In this document: piece by piece, positions 59,454 through 64,000 of the stretch
How the letters are laid out: every line of letters begins with the position of its first letter
Numbering within the stretch: the first letter of the stretch is position 1
From: Chloroflexota bacterium
Lineage (GTDB): Bacteria > Chloroflexota > Dehalococcoidia > Bin125
Length of the DNA: 64,000 bases
Assembly: GCA_028874365.1 (NCBI GenBank)
Contig: JAPPJZ010000082.1
Location: forward strand, 18,154 to 82,153
Direction of reading: 5' to 3'
Program-made: the position numbers and the translations under genes
The notes under the pieces: model-generated
Database searches by the model: none
Seen by the model: only the letters and a program-made list of their open reading frames with translations
What the model was told of the DNA's origin: nothing

Positions 59454-62400
59454 TTAGTCCTGTGCGCCCAACGACTGATCATCTTCGGGAGCGACAAGCA
59501 TGCCGTTCTGCTCCACCAACTCCCGGCTAGCCCGCAGCGCATCAATACGCTCCTCCAGACTCGCGGCGATGTCCGATCCAGTGCGTCGGTACCCAAACTG
59601 CCGCGCCGTCTCGCGCACTAGGTCGTCTGGAGCTGCCCCGAAAGTCGCACGTGCCACTCGCAAGAGGCCCGCGTCGAGTTCGATGTCTGAGACTCGATCA
59701 ATCCGTCGCTTTCCGTCGCGACGCGGACCCGGCTGTGCGTGGTTGTCTCGCGAGTGCAGGAAATCGCTCGGATCTCGGAGCACGTTCCCTGTCTCGACTG
59801 ACGTTGTGAGAGCCGAGTCGAGGCGCTTGCGGATGTTCGAACCCACTCGCCGGATGCCGAGCGCCGTTCGTAAACGCTCTATCACCGTCTCAACATGAAC
59901 CGGCTGCTCCTTCGCGACGATCTGATTGACCAGCGAACTGAGCCAACGTTGCGGAACGGCCTGTGCATCGACAGGTTGTCCTTCGTAACTGAAGCGCTCA
60001 TAGTCATCGAACAGGCTTGCCGCCGATGGATCTGTCACAGGTTTTTCTGCCAGACTCTGGGGCTCTGGAGGCTGATTCCCTGAAGTATCTGTTGGAGCCA
60101 CATCAAGCGCGGACTGGTCTATCGCCGGCGGTGCTTCCGTGGGCGCAACTCGGGCTAGTTCCAGCGACTTTTCGATCGCAGCCAGTTCCGCTTCTGGATT
60201 GCGAATCCACGCGGTCGACCAGACACGATGGATGCGCCAGCCGAGCCCTTCAAGCATCTGTTGTCTCAGCCAATCGCGGTCACGCGCCGCCGGCGAGCTG
60301 TGGTAGGTCGCTCCATCGCATTCGATGCCGAGGTCGAAACTGTCGCCGACTTCCGAGCGAATGGCCAAGTCGATTCGATAGCCCGAGACGCCGACCTGGG
60401 CCTCGACCCGGTGTCCGCGGTTGCGCAGCGCGGCTAGTACAGCCTCTTCGAACGGACTCTCGGGCTCGCCCGCTCCCGACACTTCGGCCTCGAACGCAAC
60501 CGATGGGTTGCGCACGTATTCCAGGTAGCGACGCAACTGGCGCGCGCCGGCTGCTTGCGACGTAATCTGTTCTGGTCGGATCGAGTGGACCACGATCATG
60601 GATCTTCGCGCCCGAGTGACTGCCACGTTCAGCCGGCGTTCGCCGCCCTCGCGGTTGATCGGCCCGAAGCGGTTCGGCACGTTTCCGGTAGGAGTTGGTC
60701 CGTACCCTATTGAGAAGATCATGTGGTCGCGTTCATCGCCCTGAACATTCTCGAGGTTCTTGACGAAGAAGTGTTCGTCCAGGTCTTCGCTGAAGCGGTC
60801 ATCGAGATGGCGGTCGAGCAAACGCCGCTGCTCGATCAGGTTCTCGATCAAGTCGGCCTGCGCGCGGGAGAGCGCGACGACGCCAACGCTCTCATCGGGC
60901 GCGGTCTGTTCCATCAGCTCGAACACGATCTCAGTGACCTGCTCCGCCTCAACTCGGTTGGTGCGGCTGCCGCCCGCGTCGTAGGTGGCGTCCTCCAGGT
61001 AGACATCCCGTACACAGACCTCGTCAGACCCTGGTCCCGGGAACGTAAGCAGTCGACTCTCGTAGAAGGCGTGATTCGAGAAGCGGATCAAGCCTTCGCA
61101 TCGGCTGCGGTAGTGCACGCTGAGCCAGCTCTCGCCCACATTGCGACCGACCTGGCCCACCATCACGTCGAGAATGCTCTCCCGTCCTTCGAATGCATCA
61201 TCGGCCGCGTCGTCCTTACCGTGGGGGTCATCATCATCCGTTCCTGTAGAGCGGAAGAAGTCTGACGGCGGGAGCTGGTGGCGATCACCCGCGACAATCA
61301 CTTGCCGTGCCCGCTCAACCGCGGGCAGTGCATCCTGCGGCCAAACTTGCGAAGCCTCGTCGAAGATCACCGCGTCGAACTCGACCCGTTCGCTCGCCAG
61401 CGGAGAACCGGAGAGGTACTGGCTCACTGCGAGCGGGCTCATCAGAAAACAGGGTTTGAGCGTCAGCAGCAGGTTCGGAATCCGCCCGATCAGGTTGCGG
61501 ACCGACATCTGACGCCTGCGCTTGGAGAGTTCCTGATTTAGGATGGCCAGCTGACCCGCTTGAATCGGCGTCGAGTGCTGCTGGGGGTATCGGTCGAACA
61601 CCCGCTCCCGAACACGTTGCCTCGCGGCGATCGGCATCAACTCGTCGAGCTGCCGGAAGCGGGACCGGACTTCCTCCTGGTCGACGCGACTGAACTCACG
61701 TAGCTCAGGCTCGGCACGGTGAGTTCCTTCCAGCCAGGAGGTGTAGATGCGGCGCTCGACAATTCCTGGCACGTCAGACGCCTCCTCGGTCCGAGCCCGG
61801 ATGGCCGTTGTGGCTCCATCGCTGAGTCGCCCGTCAAGCGCGCGTGATGCCTCCCGGTACTCCGACCACGGACTGGCCTCGTTGGCATGCGTCGCGAGGT
61901 CCTTCGCCCAGGCCTCCAACTCTGCGAACGCCGGCGCGTCCCACGACCTCCAAGCGGAAGCGGCAAGGTCAAACCGCTCGTCGAGCCGACCTAGTCGTTC
62001 TCGAAGCACATCGAAGGCGGTTGTCACTGCCGCGCCGCGCTGGGCGTACTCTGTGGCGGCATGTGGATTCGTCGCATGTCGGCTGAGCTCAGCGCTCCGC
62101 CGGCGCCCCGCGATCCGCAAAAACTGTCTCGTCCAGTCCAGTGCGCCATCAACCCCCTTCCAGTCAGTCCCCTCGCGCTCGAAGTGAGCGCCGAAGTCCG
62201 CCTCAAGGCCCCGAGCAATCCGTGCGTCCTCCTCGGCCATCTCGATCAACTGAGCGCCATCTTTGACCAGCTCGGTCAGTTGCGGGAACCGCTCAATGGG
62301 TCTGATGAGCCGCCCGTACAGGTCAGCCGTGCCGTTGCCGACTCGGTGCAGTGGTTCAAGCGCAGGTTCCACTGACTCTGCGACCGCGGTCAGTTCCTGA

Positions 62401-63998
62401 TCCTGTGATATCAAGCTCGCATCACCGAACTCGTGGTCCGCCCGCCGGAGTCGTTCGGCGGCAGCTGAGAGCTCCCTCTGTGCGCGAGACAAGTCGCGGC
62501 GTCTCTGCTCGCTAGTGCCGACAGCGAGCAACTCCTGCGACACCACAGGATCTCCGGGCAGTTCCGCCCGAATCGAGGCCGTCGCCGCAAGGTCTGCAGC
62601 GACCTGATCCCAATCTGTCTCTCTATCCCGGAATCGCGGACCTAGCGCGTCCCGCATTTCCTCGGCGGCCGCAGCCCACTGCTGGCGCAAGAGCTGAACT
62701 TCAAGCGCCTGCTCAACAGCTTCCAGCCCTTCGAGCACCTTGAGCTTGGCAGGTGTCCTCAGTTGTCCGGCCAGCAATCGCTGATCTTGACGATAGGAAC
62801 CGCTGAACAGGCGATGCCAGAAACTCTGGTGGTCTGTCCGGTAGCGGATAAGCATGTCCTCGTCGACAAGAGCCGCCAAGCCGTCAGAGAACCGCTCGTT
62901 GAGGCGTGCCTCGGCCTGCGTGAGCTCTTCGGCCAGCGAAGCGGCCTCTGCCGAAGAACGGAGCAGGCTCTCGACTGCGGCCTCAGCCAACCAGGACTGA
63001 GGGACGGGATCGAGGGCGCCGATCCTGGTTGCCAGTTCAGTGGCGCGGTCAATCTCGGCGAGTGTTCGCGGCGGCTCCTGACCGAGCAGCTGCGCCGTAG
63101 CTGCAGCCTTGTGGGAGAGCGCGCCCAGTGCTTCCATGAACGAGGCTGTCGCCTGCGCGAGCGCAGCTGGGTCCGCGCCCAGGATGTTCCGCCACTGCGG
63201 CCCGACCACCGCCGCGACTGCCTTCTCCTCACGCGGAGAGAGACTCGCCACCGATGTCAAGGTGCGATAATCGAGTGCGGGCGGTTCCTTCCCAAACCAA
63301 TCGCGCAACACCTCTTCGATGCGGCGCCGATTCCGCTGTTGCTTGGCCTGCGCATCCGACACACGTTGAAGCTTCGACACGACACCGCGGCTGAGCCAGG
63401 ATTCAGGCACTCCAGGCGCCTGCTCAAACAACTCCAGCAGACGGATCATCCTTTCGACGTCGTCCGTCGACTCAACCGCAGGCAACCCGCTCCACTCAGC
63501 GTGGGGTGCAGCGGCATCACGGAGCGCTGCGACGGCGGACCGGACGTGAGCCATGTCCTCCTGAATCAACTCGGCCAGCTGCAGCGAGTGTTGCGGGGTT
63601 CGCAGGGGCAACCAGCGGCTCGTGGTGTGAGAGCGGAACTCCTTCGGTCGCTGCTCGATCCGCCGGGCCTGACGCTGAACCTCGCGCAGCCACTCCTGAT
63701 TGACTTGTGTGACCGCTGGCACTTCGATCTCATCGCACCTCGGCAGGCCATGAAGCTGAGCAAGTCGCCCTTGCACGTCGTACACGGACATGCCCAGAGG
63801 GTCCCGGCGTTCATGCAGCTGCCGCACGGTTCGGTTGAGGCGGTCGCGGCTCTCGATCAGGTCATCAAGCGAGACGGGCCGCGCGATTCGTTGCCGTTCG
63901 TCTGTCAAAGCGGCGCGCAGCTGTTCGTACACCTCGCTCTTTCTGCCTCGGTCGCTGTGCAAGTCCAAGCAGAACACCCCCAGGCCGCACTGCTCCAG
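59454..63998 (-). CDS. SF1 (DNA2/NAM7-like) helicase - Vsr-like nuclease - DUF3320 protein (Hhe-like); N-terminus beyond window end
   Basis: GLGVFCLDLHS, KPCFLMSPLAV, FDEASQ, HYRS, ENVQGDERD, RRLNVAVTRAR, ESPFEE, IECDGATYH; frame open to window end. Confidence 0.92.
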   Translation of the reverse strand: MEQCGLGVFCLDLHSDRGRKSEVYEQLRAALTDERQRIARPVSLDDLIESRDRLNRTVRQLHERRDPLGMSVYDVQGRLAQLHGLPRCDEIEVPAVTQVNQEWLREVQRQARRIEQRPKEFRSHTTSRWLPLRTPQHSLQLAELIQEDMAHVRSAVAALRDAAAPHAEWSGLPAVESTDDVERMIRLLELFEQAPGVPESWLSRGVVSKLQRVSDAQAKQQRNRRRIEEVLRDWFGKEPPALDYRTLTSVASLSPREEKAVAAVVGPQWRNILGADPAALAQATASFMEALGALSHKAAATAQLLGQEPPRTLAEIDRATELATRIGALDPVPQSWLAEAAVESLLRSSAEAASLAEELTQAEARLNERFSDGLAALVDEDMLIRYRTDHQSFWHRLFSGSYRQDQRLLAGQLRTPAKLKVLEGLEAVEQALEVQLLRQQWAAAAEEMRDALGPRFRDRETDWDQVAADLAATASIRAELPGDPVVSQELLAVGTSEQRRRDLSRAQRELSAAAERLRRADHEFGDASLISQDQELTAVAESVEPALEPLHRVGNGTADLYGRLIRPIERFPQLTELVKDGAQLIEMAEEDARIARGLEADFGAHFEREGTDWKGVDGALDWTRQFLRIAGRRRSAELSRHATNPHAATEYAQRGAAVTTAFDVLRERLGRLDERFDLAASAWRSWDAPAFAELEAWAKDLATHANEASPWSEYREASRALDGRLSDGATTAIRARTEEASDVPGIVERRIYTSWLEGTHRAEPELREFSRVDQEEVRSRFRQLDELMPIAARQRVRERVFDRYPQQHSTPIQAGQLAILNQELSKRRRQMSVRNLIGRIPNLLLTLKPCFLMSPLAVSQYLSGSPLASERVEFDAVIFDEASQVWPQDALPAVERARQVIVAGDRHQLPPSDFFRSTGTDDDDPHGKDDAADDAFEGRESILDVMVGQVGRNVGESWLSVHYRSRCEGLIRFSNHAFYESRLLTFPGPGSDEVCVRDVYLEDATYDAGGSRTNRVEAEQVTEIVFELMEQTAPDESVGVVALSRAQADLIENLIEQRRLLDRHLDDRFSEDLDEHFFVKNLENVQGDERDHMIFSIGYGPTPTGNVPNRFGPINREGGERRLNVAVTRARRSMIVVHSIRPEQITSQAAGARQLRRYLEYVRNPSVAFEAEVSGAGEPESPFEEAVLAALRNRGHRVEAQVGVSGYRIDLAIRSEVGDSFDLGIECDGATYHSSPAARDRDWLRQQMLEGLGWRIHRVWSTAWIRNPEAELAAIEKSLELARVAPTEAPPAIDQSALDVAPTDTSGNQPPEPQSLAEKPVTDPSAASLFDDYERFSYEGQPVDAQAVPQRWLSSLVNQIVAKEQPVHVETVIERLRTALGIRRVGSNIRKRLDSALTTSVETGNVLRDPSDFLHSRDNHAQPGPRRDGKRRIDRVSDIELDAGLLRVARATFGAAPDDLVRETARQFGYRRTGSDIAASLEERIDALRASRELVEQNGMLVAPEDDQSLGAQD

Positions 63999-64000
63999 AC

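Overview
High-GC bacterial DNA. The gene content (Tat-lipoprotein family-5 solute-binding proteins with Gln-rich linkers, LLM oxidoreductases, CaiB CoA-transferases, tungsten AOR, halogenase) suggests Chloroflexota/Dehalococcoidia-like, possibly sponge-associated; this is inference only. Positions 1-18.3 kb are catabolic/housekeeping: LutB-LutA-like Fe-S fusion, amidohydrolase, Ltp2-like thiolase plus DUF35, paired CoA-transferases, an AOR-MoaD operon, TauD, esterase, and an ATP-grasp/alpha-E/proteasome-type protease operon. From about 18.7 kb the window is accessory: a two-component system with an EHG-rich lipoprotein; a YbtPQ/IrtAB-like plus peptide/nickel-type ABC cluster; a halogenase/haloalkane-dehalogenase cluster with two ATPase-less ABC operons; and a defence island (OLD nuclease plus UvrD, Gabija-like; CpXC-TPR-CHAT protease; PD-(D/E)xK protein; DUF3320 helicase-Vsr cut by the window end). 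The main unexplained signal is a recurring intergenic site, GTGGGC-N7-TACc/tNAACTGCGAa/gCT. It has three clear copies (32.45, 48.31, 53.26 kb, the last a full inverted repeat) and two degenerate ones (18.66, 40.52 kb). It starts like an antisense tRNA 3' end and sits at module borders, yet no recombinase is present, suggesting a tandem array of recombinase-less cassettes. Also noted: a ~90-nt multi-hairpin candidate ncRNA in the defence island, a hydrolase gene bracketed by a perfect 14-bp inverted repeat, and a shared 24-bp candidate operator. No rRNA, intact tRNA, CRISPR array or transposase was recognised.
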